Positions 1 through 9,498 of a stretch of DNA of 64,000 bases are shown here, one piece after another. Within the stretch, counting starts at the first letter, position 1; each line of letters opens with the position of its first letter. The notes beneath the pieces are model-generated. The model worked only from the letters and a program-made list of their open reading frames with translations. It ran no database searches and had not been told where the DNA came from. Both the position numbers and the translations under genes were made by a program. The DNA comes from an uncultured Methylomirabilota bacterium (lineage in GTDB: Bacteria; Methylomirabilota; Methylomirabilia; Methylomirabilales; 2-02-FULL-66-22), in NCBI GenBank assembly GCA_963845565.1, contig CAWJSJ010000002.1, forward strand, positions 2,400,001 through 2,464,000, read 5' to 3'.

Positions 1-1
1 C

Positions 2-214
2 CGTCGCAATCGCAAGCGCGAATTCCGGAATCTGTGGATCATTCGCATCAACGCGGCGGCCCGAATGGCCGGGCTGTCCTATAGCCAGCTGATGGGCGGG
101 CTGCGCAAGGCGGGTGTCGCACTTGACCGGAAGGTCCTGGCCGATCTGGCGGTGCGCGACGCCTCGGCGTTCGGCGCCCTCGCGGCCCTGGCGAAGGGGC
201 AGGCCGCAGCCTAG
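2..214 (+). CDS. rplT: 50S ribosomal protein L20, 3' part (truncated by window edge)
   Basis: Frame 2 reads [21 protein letters not shown]...[27 protein letters not shown], the L20 C-terminal signature; TAG at 212-214; lies upstream of pheS as usual. Confidence 0.95.
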   Translation, partial: RRNRKREFRNLWIIRINAAARMAGLSYSQLMGGLRKAGVALDRKVLADLAVRDASAFGALAALAKGQAAA

Positions 215-237
215 CTCGGATCGCGACCCTCGATGCC

Positions 238-268
238 GCGCCCCGAGTCATTCGGGGCGCTCTTTTTT
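238..268 (+). terminator. Intrinsic terminator after rplT
   Basis: GCGCCCCGA-gtcat-TCGGGGCGC stem followed by TCTTTTTT. Confidence 0.8.
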
Positions 269-279
269 GTGGGGGACGG

Positions 280-1314
280 ATGAGTGATCTTGCGCAGGCT
301 CTAGCCTCCCTGGAAGCGGCGGCCCAGGCGGACCTGGCAGCGGCGGCGGACGTGTCGGCCGCGGACGCGGTCCGGATCCGGTACCTGGGTCGAAAAGGCT
401 CCCTGGCGGCGATTCTCCGCGGCTTGGGCGGGCTCGACGCGGCGGAGCGGCCGCTGGCGGGCAAGCTGGCCAACGAGGTCAAGACCCGGGTGGAGGCGGC
501 GATCGACGCTCGGCGCGACGATCTGGTGGCCGCGGCGCAGGCCGCGGCGCTGGCGGCGGACCGGCTGGATGTCACTCTGCCGGGGCAGCCGGTGGCCATG
601 GGGCGCCTGCACCCGAGCACGCAGGTGCTCCGGCGCATCTGCCAGATCTGGATGAACATGGGATTCCAGATCTACCGCAGTCGGGACGTCGAGAGCGACG
701 AGTTGAATTTCGAACTGCTGAACATCCCCGCGCATCACCCGGCGCGGGACATGTGGGATACCTTCTACACGGAGACCGAGGGCGTCCTGCTCCGCACGCA
801 CACCTCCCCGGGACAGATCCACGCCATGCGGGAATTTCATCCCGAGCCGATCCGCGTCATTCTGCCGGGGATGTGCTACCGGTACGAGCAGATCACCGCA
901 CGCTCGGAGATCCAGTTCCACCAGGTCGAGGGGTTGGCCGTCGGTCGGCACATCACGATGACCGACCTCAAGGGCACCTTGATCAGCTTCGCCCACCGGA
1001 TGTTCGGTGCGAACCGGAAGGTGCGCTTCCGCGCCAGCTACTTCCCGTTCACCGAGCCCAGCGCCGAGATGGACGTGGAATGCCTCCTCTGCGGCGGAAG
1101 CGGCTGCGGGATCTGCAAGCAGAGCGGCTGGCTGGAGATATTGGGGTGCGGTATGGTGCATCCCCGGGTGCTGCAGAACGGCGGCTACGATCCCGCCGTC
1201 TTCTCCGGGTTCGCCTTCGGCATGGGCCCTGAACGGATCACCATGCTGCTCCACCGGATCGATGACATTCGATTCTTCTGGGGCAACGACCTCCGCTTCC
1301 TGGAGCAGTTCTAG
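280..1314 (+). CDS. pheS: Phenylalanine--tRNA ligase alpha subunit
   Basis: HPARDMWDTF, LLRTHTSP, FHQVEG, YFPFTEPS and GFAFGMG motifs. Confidence 0.97.
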   Translation: MSDLAQALASLEAAAQADLAAAADVSAADAVRIRYLGRKGSLAAILRGLGGLDAAERPLAGKLANEVKTRVEAAIDARRDDLVAAAQAAALAADRLDVTLPGQPVAMGRLHPSTQVLRRICQIWMNMGFQIYRSRDVESDELNFELLNIPAHHPARDMWDTFYTETEGVLLRTHTSPGQIHAMREFHPEPIRVILPGMCYRYEQITARSEIQFHQVEGLAVGRHITMTDLKGTLISFAHRMFGANRKVRFRASYFPFTEPSAEMDVECLLCGGSGCGICKQSGWLEILGCGMVHPRVLQNGGYDPAVFSGFAFGMGPERITMLLHRIDDIRFFWGNDLRFLEQF

Positions 1315-1342
1315 CAGGCTGCTGAACAAGACCGAGGACACG

Positions 1343-3826
1343 ATGCGCGTTCCCATCAGCTGGCTGAAGGAATTCGTCGACATCCCGATCCCGATCCACG
1401 ACCTGGCCGAGCGGCTGACGTTTGCCGGTTTGGAGGTGGCATCCGTCCAGACGGTGGGACTGCCGGGGGGTGAGCTGCCCTGGGATCGGGACCGGATGGT
1501 GGTGGGGTGCGTGAGGGAGGTCGTGGCGCACCCCAACGCCGACCGGCTGGTGCTGGCCACGGTGGAGTACGGGCCAGACCAGGTGAAGACGGTGGTGACG
1601 GGCGCGCCGAACTTGAAGCTCGGCGACTGCGGCCAGAAGGTCGCGTTTGCCCTGGAGGGGGCCCGCCTCTGGGATGCCTACGCCGAGACGCCCCAGATCG
1701 TCACGCTGAAGGGGCGAAAGGTCCGCGGCGTCTATTCCGACGGGATGGTGTGCTCCGAGCGGGAACTGGGCCTCTCCGATAATCACGAGGGGGTCCTGAT
1801 TTTGGAGGACGACGCTCCGGTCGGGACGCCGCTGGCCGAGTATCTCGGCGACCAGATATTGGAGCTCGAGATCCTGCCCAACATGGCCCGCTGCCTGTCC
1901 GTCCTGGGCGTGGCGCGGGAAGTGGCCGCGCTCACCGGGGGTCGCGTCCGGGTCCCGGAGCCCACGATGCTCGAGGCCGGCGAGCCGATCGCCGGCCAGG
2001 TGCGGGTGGCGATCGCCGATCCGGAGCTGTCGGCCCGCTACGCGGCCACGCTGATTCGCGGCGTGCGGATCGGGCCGTCGCCGGGCTGGATGCAGCGACG
2101 GCTCCGCCTGGCGGGCATCCGGCCCATCAGCAACGTCGTGGATGTGACCAATTATGTAATGCTGGAGTGGGGGCAGCCGCTTCACGCCTTCGACTACGAC
2201 GTGTTGGTGCGCCGCGCGAAAGGGGTCCCGGAGATCACCGTGCGGCCCGCCTACCCGCACGAAATCCTGGTGACCCTGGATGGGGTCGCGCGGGCACTGA
2301 CGCCCGAGCGGCTGGTGATCGCCGATACCGCCGGTCCGATCGCCGTGGCGGGCGTGATGGGCGGCGCCGAAACGGAGGTCACCGCGGCCACGACGGCCAT
2401 CCTCCTGGAATCGGCAAACTTCCACTTCGTCTCCATTCGCAAGACCACCCAGGCCTTGAAGCTCCCCAGCGAGGCGAGCACCCGGTTCGGGCGCGGCGTC
2501 CCGCCGGCCCAGGCGGAGCCGGCCGCGCGGCGCGCCACGGAGCTGATCCGGACGCTGGCTGGGGGAACCGTCGCCCGCGGGGTCGCAGACTGCTATCCGG
2601 CGCCGCAGGTACCCTCGATGGTCACGCTCGACGTGGCCGATGCCAAACGCATTCTGGGCATGGAGGTGCCGCGGGACGAGATGGCGCGGATCCTCACGGC
2701 GTTGGAGTTCATCTGCCAGCCCGACGGGGAGGCGGCGCTTCGGGTCACCGCCCCGGTCAGTCGGCTGGATGTCGGGACCGGCATGATCGGCGTGCACGAT
2801 CTCCTCGAGGAGGTGGCACGCATCCTCGGTTACGACCGGATTCCCGTCACCGACATGGCGGATACCTTGCCTCCGCAGCGGAACAATCTTGCCGTGGAGG
2901 GAGAGGAGCGGGTTCGCGACCTGCTCGCGGTGGCAGGACTCCAGGAGATCATTTCCTACCGCCTGACCACACCCGAACGGGACGCGCTGGGGTTTCCGCC
3001 CGCCGAGCCGAGCGGCTCGGCACACGTGCGGCTGGCCAACCCGATCAGCGCCGATCGGGCGGTCATGCGTCGGACCCTCATGCCCGGTCTGCTCGAGGCC
3101 ATGGCGCAGAACGCGCGGGTGCGAGAACGGCTCTGGTTCTTCGAGGTCGGGCCGGTGTTTCTCCCGGCGCGCGATCAGAGACTTCCGGTGGAGCTGCGCC
3201 GGCTGGGAATCGGCATCGCGGGGCCCCTCACCCCGGGATCGTGGCGCGAACAGGATCCGCCGCGCGCCGACTTTTTCACGCTGAAAGGCGTGGTCGAATC
3301 CCTCTTGGCCGGTCTCCACGTCGGCGGGGTGGGGTTCGAGCCGGTGGAGAGCCCGCTGGTCGCACCTGGCCGAGCGGCGCGGGTGACCGTGCAAGGGAGT
3401 GCGGTGGGCCTGCTCGGCGAAGTGCATCCGCAGGTGCGCGCCCACTTCGATCTGACGGTGCAGCCCGTCTGCGTGGCCGAACTCGACCTGGAGCGCCTCT
3501 TCTTGCTGGTGCCGGTATCCTTCGGGGTGCGGTCGGTCCCGCGCTTTCCGCCGATCCTTGAGGACATCGCCCTCGTCGTGGATGGCGCGGTGTCGGCGGG
3601 GGCCGTGGCGGGAGTGGTCCGCGAGGCCGGGGGGTCTCTGCTGACCGAGGTGCGCCTTTTTGATGTCTACCAGGGGCCGCAGGTCGGCGCGGGAAAAAAG
3701 AGCCTCGCCTTTTCTCTGGCGTTCCAGGCCCCAGACCGGACGTTGACGGACGCCGAGATCGAGAAGGAGAAGGCGCGCATCCTCGCGGCGGTCTCGGAAC
3801 GTCTGGGGGCGCGCTTGCGGGCATAG
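1343..3826 (+). CDS. pheT: Phenylalanine--tRNA ligase beta subunit
   Basis: MRVPISWLKEF start after GAGG; HPNADRL, RPISNVVDVTNYVMLEWGQPLHAFD; C-terminal FDX-ACB domain. Confidence 0.97.
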   Translation: MRVPISWLKEFVDIPIPIHDLAERLTFAGLEVASVQTVGLPGGELPWDRDRMVVGCVREVVAHPNADRLVLATVEYGPDQVKTVVTGAPNLKLGDCGQKVAFALEGARLWDAYAETPQIVTLKGRKVRGVYSDGMVCSERELGLSDNHEGVLILEDDAPVGTPLAEYLGDQILELEILPNMARCLSVLGVAREVAALTGGRVRVPEPTMLEAGEPIAGQVRVAIADPELSARYAATLIRGVRIGPSPGWMQRRLRLAGIRPISNVVDVTNYVMLEWGQPLHAFDYDVLVRRAKGVPEITVRPAYPHEILVTLDGVARALTPERLVIADTAGPIAVAGVMGGAETEVTAATTAILLESANFHFVSIRKTTQALKLPSEASTRFGRGVPPAQAEPAARRATELIRTLAGGTVARGVADCYPAPQVPSMVTLDVADAKRILGMEVPRDEMARILTALEFICQPDGEAALRVTAPVSRLDVGTGMIGVHDLLEEVARILGYDRIPVTDMADTLPPQRNNLAVEGEERVRDLLAVAGLQEIISYRLTTPERDALGFPPAEPSGSAHVRLANPISADRAVMRRTLMPGLLEAMAQNARVRERLWFFEVGPVFLPARDQRLPVELRRLGIGIAGPLTPGSWREQDPPRADFFTLKGVVESLLAGLHVGGVGFEPVESPLVAPGRAARVTVQGSAVGLLGEVHPQVRAHFDLTVQPVCVAELDLERLFLLVPVSFGVRSVPRFPPILEDIALVVDGAVSAGAVAGVVREAGGSLLTEVRLFDVYQGPQVGAGKKSLAFSLAFQAPDRTLTDAEIEKEKARILAAVSERLGARLRA

Positions 3827-3888
3827 GCGGCGGTGCCGCGGCGTGGCGGAGACCGCGTGCACGCCCGTGTTCCCGCCCGCGAAAGACC

Positions 3889-3917
3889 TTTACAAAGACG
3901 GGGGGCTTTGCTAGGGT
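3889..3917 (+). promoter_or_regulatory. Putative sigma70 promoter of zapB-zapA
   Basis: TTTACA-17 bp-TAGGGT with TGn extension. Confidence 0.45.
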
Positions 3918-3945
3918 TTCCCCGGGCTGTCGGGAGTGGAGCGAT

Positions 3946-4257
3946 ATGGATATGGTGCTGGAACGACTTGGCGAGCTTGAACGGAAGGTCCGCGAGGCCC
4001 TCGGGGAACTCGCGCAGGCGCGCGCGGAGCGCGAGGGATTGTTGGCGAAGGTGGAGAGCCTGCAGGGCGAACTGACGTCGCGAGACCAGGAAGCGGCCGC
4101 GCTGCGCGCCGAGCGGGAACGGGAGGCGTCCGAGGCAACGCGGTTGCGGACCGAGCGCGAGGAAGTCCGGGCGAAAGTGGAAGGGCTTTTGACCGAGATC
4201 GGCCGCCTGGAGTCGGCGGTACAGGGAGCGGCGACCTACGCCGTCGTCAAAGAATAA
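3946..4257 (+). CDS. zapB: ZapB-like coiled-coil cell division protein
   Basis: 103-aa all-coiled-coil protein directly upstream of zapA (conserved synteny). Confidence 0.7.
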   Translation: MDMVLERLGELERKVREALGELAQARAEREGLLAKVESLQGELTSRDQEAAALRAEREREASEATRLRTEREEVRAKVEGLLTEIGRLESAVQGAATYAVVKE

Positions 4258-4342
4258 CTTGGCGGGAGAATTGTCGAGAACGGCATAAGGAGCCGTAACG
4301 AAATCACAAAAAATGGCCAAAGTATTTCGTAACGACTCCTAA
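4237..4342 (+). mobile_element. Bipartite ~105-bp MITE-like repeat, diverged copy 1 (overlaps zapB 3' end)
   Basis: TACGCCGTCGTCAAAGAA...AACGGCATAAGGAGCCGTAACGAAAT...ATTTCGTAACGACTCCTAA aligns with copies at 5215, 33749, 44914 and 63573. Confidence 0.8.
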
Positions 4343-4354
4343 GAGGGACGTGGG

Positions 4355-4648
4355 ATGACAACGGACGACCGGGGGGCGGACGTCGAGATCTTTGGCGAGC
4401 GATATACCCTGCGGTCGGGCGACGCGCCGGAGTACCTGCAGCGCGTGGCGGAGTACGTCGACACCAAGTACCGCGAGCTGGTCAGACAGAGCCCCAGCCT
4501 CGTGCCCTCCAAAGTGGCCGTTCTGGTGTCGATCAACATCGCGGACGAGCTCTTCAAGCAGGGCGACGCGATCCGCCGCCGCGAGCAGGACGCCGTGGCG
4601 CGAATCGACGGGATTGCGGCATTGCTGCGGCGCGAGGACGCCGCATAG
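4355..4648 (+). CDS. zapA: Cell division protein ZapA
   Basis: VEIFGERYTL...YLQRVAEYVD...AVLVSINIADEL ZapA pattern; upstream of 6S RNA. Confidence 0.9.
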   Translation: MTTDDRGADVEIFGERYTLRSGDAPEYLQRVAEYVDTKYRELVRQSPSLVPSKVAVLVSINIADELFKQGDAIRRREQDAVARIDGIAALLRREDAA

Positions 4649-4761
4649 ACGGTCGGGATCGACGGCCGACGGTCGGCGGCCCGGTCTGGTGGGCCGCCGA
4701 AAAGGGCTTGCAGCGAGGAATGGCCTGTGTTAGCGTGGCACTCAGCGGTGTGGCATATCGA

Positions 4762-4950
4762 GAACCCCTACCGTGTACGTGATGCGGTAACTTTTTTTGA
4801 GCCTACACCCTCAGAACGGGAATCCCTCCGAGAACGCCGTGTGCAGGCCTATCCGCTCTGGTGGATGGGAAGCCTAAAGCGTTTGCGGGATGCCCACCTG
4901 GTGAACCAGGTTCAAACAGGGTCCAGCACACGGCACAATGGTAGGGGTTC
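4762..4950 (+). ncRNA. ssrS: 6S RNA
   Basis: ~190 nt; 5' GAACCCCTACCGT pairs with 3' ATGGTAGGGGTTC; TTGAGCC / GGTTCAA internal stem; canonical position after zapA and before rny. Confidence 0.85.
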
Positions 4951-5214
4951 CTTGTTGTCGCGTCCCTAGAGACCCCGCTGTTTTTTCCCACACCCTGACC
5001 CCGCGCCGTTCCTGACAGCGTCCGCCCGATCGTCTCACAACCGGATTCTCGTTTGCCGCCCCTTTCGGGAGGCACGCCTCCCGTTGCGCCTGATGCGTCG
5101 CCAGGTCAGCGCAACCGGATCGTCCGTCCGGGGCGGGGACAGATGGGGAGGATGGTCAACGGCAACTCGGGCTCCGCACCGGGTGCGGCGCCGATCGGCG
5201 GCGCCGGCCCGCGG

Positions 5215-5320
5215 GAAGCCGTTGTCAAAGAATTGGTTGAGCGGAGACATTCCGAAACGGCATAAGGAGCCGTAACGAATATAGAAAGAGATGTATAGGT
5301 TATTTCGTAACGGCTCCTAA
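5215..5320 (+). mobile_element. Bipartite ~105-bp MITE-like repeat, copy 2
   Basis: AAGCCGTTGTCAAAGAA...TTCCGAAACGGCATAAGGAGCCGTAACGAA...TATTTCGTAACGGCTCCTAA. Confidence 0.85.
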
Positions 5321-5401
5321 GCGGACGGCTGCGTGGGAACAGGCCGGGCCGCGGTGGCGGCGCCGGTCTCGTGAAGCGACGCGGAGGTGGGAGGGAATCC
5401 C

Positions 5402-6964
5402 GTGGAAATCTGGATTGTGGCAGCGGTGGCGCTGGGAATGGTGCTGGTCGGCCTGATCGTCGGCCGCGCCCACGAGCAGCGGCGGCAAAATCGGCTCAAG
5501 CAAGAGGCGGGAGAGGAGGCCAAGCGCATCATCCGCGAGGCGGAGCGCGAGGTCGAGGCGAAGCGCAAGGAGGCGGAACTCGAGATCAAGGGCAAGACGC
5601 TGCAGGCCCGGACCGAGTTCGAGCAGGAGTCCCGGACGCGACGGGAGGAGATCCAGAACGTCGAGAAACGGCTGAATCAGCGGGAGGAGATTCTGGACCG
5701 GAAGCTGGAGGTCATGGACCGGCGCGAACGCGAGCTGGCCGGCCGGGAACAGGAGCTCCGCGGCCGGGATCAAGCGGTGAGCAAGCAGGAAGCGCACTGG
5801 TCCCAGGTGGTCGCCGAGGCGCAGCGGAAACTGGAAGTGGTGGCCGGCCTCACCGCGGAGGAGGCCAAGGCCCAGCTGGTGCAGTCGTTGGAGGAGGAGG
5901 CGAAGCTGCACGCCGCCTCGATGGTCAAGCGCATCGAGGACACCGCCACCGAGACCGGGGAAGAGCGCGCCAAGCAGATCATCGGGCGCGCCATCTGCCG
6001 GATTGCGTCCGAGTACGTCGCCGAGGCGGCGGTGTCGGTGGTGGATCTGCCCAGCGACGATATGAAAGGGCGGATCATCGGTCGGGAAGGCCGGAACATC
6101 CGGGCGCTGGAGAAGGCGACCGGGATCGACATCATCGTGGACGACACGCCCGAAACGATCATCCTCTCCGGGTTCGACTCCATCCGGCGGGAGGTCGCGC
6201 GGGTGGCCATCCAGCGCCTGATCCAGGATGGCCGCATCCACCCGGCCCGGATCGAGGAGACGGTCGAGAAGGTCGCCAAGGAAGTCGAAAAGGACATCCG
6301 CGAGGCCGGCGAGCAGGCGTGCTTCGAGCTGGGGATCACGGGGATGCATCCGGAGCTGGTCCGGATGGTCGGGCGACTCAAGTACCGCTACAGCTATTCC
6401 CAGAACCAGTTGGCGCACACCAAGGAGGTGGCCACGCTGGCGGGACTCCTGGCGGCGGAGCTCAAGCTGGACATCAAGGCGGTCAAGCGCGCCGCCCTGC
6501 TGCACGACATCGGGAAGGCGGCAGACCAGGGGACGGAGACCTCGCACGCGCTCCTGTCGGCGGAGCTGGCGAAGAAGTACAACGAGGATCCGCGCGTCAT
6601 CAACATCATCGCCGCCCATCACGAGGAGGTGGCGCCGCAGTATCCGGAGGCCATCCTGCTGCAGGCGGCCGACACGCTGTCCGCGGCCCGCCCCGGTGCC
6701 CGGCGGGAGATCATGGAGACCTACGTCCGCCGGCTGGCCAAGCTGGAGGAGATCGCCACGTCATTCAAGGGAGTCGAGAAGTGCTTCGCGATCCAGGCCG
6801 GGCGTGAGGTCCGCGTGGTGGTGGAGAGCGAGCAGATCACCGATCAAGCTGCCTTCGTCATGGCTCGGGACATCGCCAAGCGGATCGAGGACGAGATGGA
6901 GTATCCCGGACAGATCAAGGTGACGGTCATCCGGGAAACCCGGGCGGTGGAATATGCGCGATAG
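5402..6964 (+). CDS. rny: Ribonuclease Y
   Basis: N-terminal TM helix, coiled coil, KH domain (MKGRIIGREGRNIR), HD domain (LLHDIGK); start could be 5387. Confidence 0.96.
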   Translation: MEIWIVAAVALGMVLVGLIVGRAHEQRRQNRLKQEAGEEAKRIIREAEREVEAKRKEAELEIKGKTLQARTEFEQESRTRREEIQNVEKRLNQREEILDRKLEVMDRRERELAGREQELRGRDQAVSKQEAHWSQVVAEAQRKLEVVAGLTAEEAKAQLVQSLEEEAKLHAASMVKRIEDTATETGEERAKQIIGRAICRIASEYVAEAAVSVVDLPSDDMKGRIIGREGRNIRALEKATGIDIIVDDTPETIILSGFDSIRREVARVAIQRLIQDGRIHPARIEETVEKVAKEVEKDIREAGEQACFELGITGMHPELVRMVGRLKYRYSYSQNQLAHTKEVATLAGLLAAELKLDIKAVKRAALLHDIGKAADQGTETSHALLSAELAKKYNEDPRVINIIAAHHEEVAPQYPEAILLQAADTLSAARPGARREIMETYVRRLAKLEEIATSFKGVEKCFAIQAGREVRVVVESEQITDQAAFVMARDIAKRIEDEMEYPGQIKVTVIRETRAVEYAR

Positions 6965-7003
6965 AATTCGAATTTCGAATTTCGAAATTCGTTTTTCGAA
7001 TTC
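6964..7003. repeat. Heptamer (ATTTCGA-type) palindromic tandem repeat
   Basis: GAATTCGAATTTCGAATTTCGAAATTCGTTTTTCGAATTC fills the rny-ymdB gap. Confidence 0.75.
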
Positions 7004-7008
7004 TTGAG

Positions 7009-7785
7009 ATGCGCATTCTCTTTATCGGGGACATTGTGGGGCAGCCGGGCCGCAAGATGGTGGCGCGGCACGTCCCACGGCTGGTGGCGGTGCACGGCGT
7101 GGATGCGGTCATCGCCAACGCCGAGAATGCGGCCGCCGGCTTCGGGATCACGCCCAATGTCGCCCGGGAGCTGTTCGACTCGGGCGTGGCGCTGCTCACC
7201 TCGGGAAACCACGTCTGGGACAAGAAGGAGGCGGAGGGCTACCTGGCGATCGAGGGACGGATCCTCCGCCCCGCGAACTACCCGGACGAGGTCCCGGGCA
7301 GCGGGAAGAGCATCCTGCGGGTGGGCGAGCGGCTGGTGGGAGTGGTGAACCTGCAAGGGCGGGCCTTCCTCCCCCCGATCGATTGTCCTTTCCGGGCGGC
7401 CGACCGCGAACTCGCCGAACTCCAACGCGTCACCGACATCGTGCTGATGGATTTCCACGCGGAGGCCACGGCCGAAAAGCAGGCGTTCGGCTGGTACGTG
7501 GACGGTCGGGTCTCGGCGGTGCTCGGCACCCACACGCACGTCCAGACAGCCGACGAGCGGATTCTGCCGGGGCGGACGGCCTACATCACCGACGTGGGCA
7601 TGACCGGCCCGCGCGACTCGGTGATCGGGATGCGACCAGAGGATGCCATCCCGAAGTTCCTCACGCAGATGCCCAGGCGCTTCACCGTGGCGGACGGCCC
7701 GGCACAACTCAACGCCGTCCTGGTGGACATCGAGGATGGCGGCCGGGCCAGCGCCATCCAGCGACTCCAGATCGTGGACGATTAG
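7009..7785 (+). CDS. ymdB: YmdB-family (TIGR00282) metallophosphoesterase
   Basis: GDIVG, NAEN, GNH, DFHAEATAEK, GTHTHV motifs; downstream of rny. Confidence 0.93.
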   Translation: MRILFIGDIVGQPGRKMVARHVPRLVAVHGVDAVIANAENAAAGFGITPNVARELFDSGVALLTSGNHVWDKKEAEGYLAIEGRILRPANYPDEVPGSGKSILRVGERLVGVVNLQGRAFLPPIDCPFRAADRELAELQRVTDIVLMDFHAEATAEKQAFGWYVDGRVSAVLGTHTHVQTADERILPGRTAYITDVGMTGPRDSVIGMRPEDAIPKFLTQMPRRFTVADGPAQLNAVLVDIEDGGRASAIQRLQIVDD

Positions 7786-7798
7786 GAGCCGTCACGCA

Positions 7799-8656
7799 AT
7801 GACCCACGCCGCGCGGATCATTGACGGGAAGCGGATCGCGGCAATCGTTCGCGAGGAGGTCCGCGAGCGGGTGCGGCGCCTCCGCGAGACGCATGCCGGA
7901 GCGCCCGGCCTGGCAGTGATCCTGGTCGGCGACGACGCGGCCTCCGCCACCTACGTGCGCAGCAAGACCAGAGCCTGCCAGGACGCCGGCATCGCCTCGC
8001 GGCAGGTTAACTTCCCCCGCTACATCTCGCAGGACGAACTGACGAGCGCCATCCAGAGCCTGAACCGGGATTCCGGTATCCACGGCATCCTGATTCAGCT
8101 TCCCCTCCCGGCGCATCTCGACGAGCGGGCCGCCCTGGAAGTCGTGGATCCCGGCAAGGACGTCGACGGGTTCACGTACGCGAACATCGGGCGCCTGGTC
8201 GAGAACCGGGCGCGGTTCGTCCCCTGCACGCCCGCCGGCGTCCTGGAGCTTCTGGATCGGGAGCAGATCGCCATCGCGGGCACGCACGCCGTGGTGGTCG
8301 GGCGAAGCGAGATCGTGGGGAAGCCCGTCGGGATGCTGCTGCTTCACCGGCACGCCACCGTGACCCTCTGCCACTCCCGCACCGCGGACCTGGCGGCGGA
8401 GACCCGCCGGGCCGACATCTTGATCGCCGCTGTCGGGCGCCCGCACCTGATCACGGGCGAGATGGTGAAGCCCGGCGCGGTTGTGGTGGATGTGGGGATC
8501 AACCGTATCGAAGACAAGCTCGTCGGCGACGTGGACGACGCCTCCGTCCTGCCCGTCGCCTCCGCCCTCACCCCCGTCCCCGGCGGCGTCGGTCCGATGA
8601 CGGTAGCCATGCTGCTGAAGAACACCGTTCACGCCTTCGAATTGGCATCCAGATAG
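7799..8656 (+). CDS. folD: Bifunctional methylene-THF dehydrogenase/cyclohydrolase
   Basis: YVRSK, KDVDGF, PCTP, GRSEIVGKP, TPVPGGVGPMT. Confidence 0.96.
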   Translation: MTHAARIIDGKRIAAIVREEVRERVRRLRETHAGAPGLAVILVGDDAASATYVRSKTRACQDAGIASRQVNFPRYISQDELTSAIQSLNRDSGIHGILIQLPLPAHLDERAALEVVDPGKDVDGFTYANIGRLVENRARFVPCTPAGVLELLDREQIAIAGTHAVVVGRSEIVGKPVGMLLLHRHATVTLCHSRTADLAAETRRADILIAAVGRPHLITGEMVKPGAVVVDVGINRIEDKLVGDVDDASVLPVASALTPVPGGVGPMTVAMLLKNTVHAFELASR

Positions 8657-8783
8657 CCAGCGGTACCACGCGAGGCAATGATCGCCGCCTGCCGCACCCC
8701 GCATGCGCCTCACCGCCCCGGCAGCGAGCGATCGCCCGCCTGGCATGGCACAACATCGGGCGCCGAGAGCGCGGCGCCGGTCG

Positions 8784-9485
8784 CTAGGGCTTTCGGTGTC
8801 GATAGCTCAGGCAGAACCCGTCATCCAACGTGGCGCTGACCGTCACCGTGTCGAAGTCGGGATGCTTGCGGACCAGGTCGAGGTAATCCTGCATGGCGCC
8901 GGTTTGCCGGATGGCGTTGTGGACCGCAAGGAGGCCGCCGGGGGTGAGTGTGCGTGGGTACAGGGCATTGAAGTAGTCGACCTGGCCTTCCTTGTCGGCG
9001 TCCAGGAAGACGAAGTCGAACGGGCCCGCGAGTGTGGGGACCTTCGCATGCGCGTCGCCATGGATCAGCGTGACCCGCTCCGAAAGCCCCGCCTCGCGGA
9101 GGTGCCGTCGCGCCAGGTCATGTCGTGCCGAATCGATCTCGATCGTGGTCAGCCGTCCGCCGGTCTCCTCCAGGGCGAGTCCCATCCAGACCGCCGAGTA
9201 CCCATGGGAGGTGCCCACCTCGAGGACGCTCCGCGCCCGGGTCGCCTTGACCAGGAAATGCAGAAATTCTCCATCCGCTCGGGGTACGCTCCAGTATCGG
9301 CCTCCCTTGGCCTCCATATCGCGTAGCAATCGCTGGAGTTGTGCGGGGTCGCGCCTGCCCGGCCGGACGCCGCCCTCTGCCGCGTTCGCCGCCGATCGCC
9401 ACCGATCGCCAAGCGCCAAGAGGCCCAGCGTCGTGCCGGCAGTCGCCAGGAATTCCCGACGCCTGGATTTCCGTGGGGTCGTCAT
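8784..9485 (-). CDS. Class I SAM-dependent O-methyltransferase with twin-arginine signal peptide
   Basis: VLEVGTSHGYS, TTIE, FDFVFLDADK, VHN motifs; N-terminus MTTPRKSRRREFLATAGTTLGLLAL...AANA. Confidence 0.85.
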   Translation of the reverse strand: MTTPRKSRRREFLATAGTTLGLLALGDRWRSAANAAEGGVRPGRRDPAQLQRLLRDMEAKGGRYWSVPRADGEFLHFLVKATRARSVLEVGTSHGYSAVWMGLALEETGGRLTTIEIDSARHDLARRHLREAGLSERVTLIHGDAHAKVPTLAGPFDFVFLDADKEGQVDYFNALYPRTLTPGGLLAVHNAIRQTGAMQDYLDLVRKHPDFDTVTVSATLDDGFCLSYRHRKP

Positions 9486-9498
9486 AGTCAGTCGCCGC

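Noticed and set aside
1311..1329. CTAGCAGGCTGCTGAACAA at the pheS stop, resembling an IS end
   Set aside because: Single short occurrence with no partner end; cannot be supported
1238..3862. Long antisense or alternate-frame ORFs (e.g. 874 aa here, 739 aa at 24576-26795, 900 aa at 53494-56196)
   Set aside because: Shadow ORFs expected in high-GC DNA; the last is a real MDR gene extended by read-through and a frameshift
4951..5214. Expected ygfA gene or a riboswitch between 6S RNA and rny
   Set aside because: No ORF with 5-formyl-THF cyclo-ligase motifs and no recognisable aptamer
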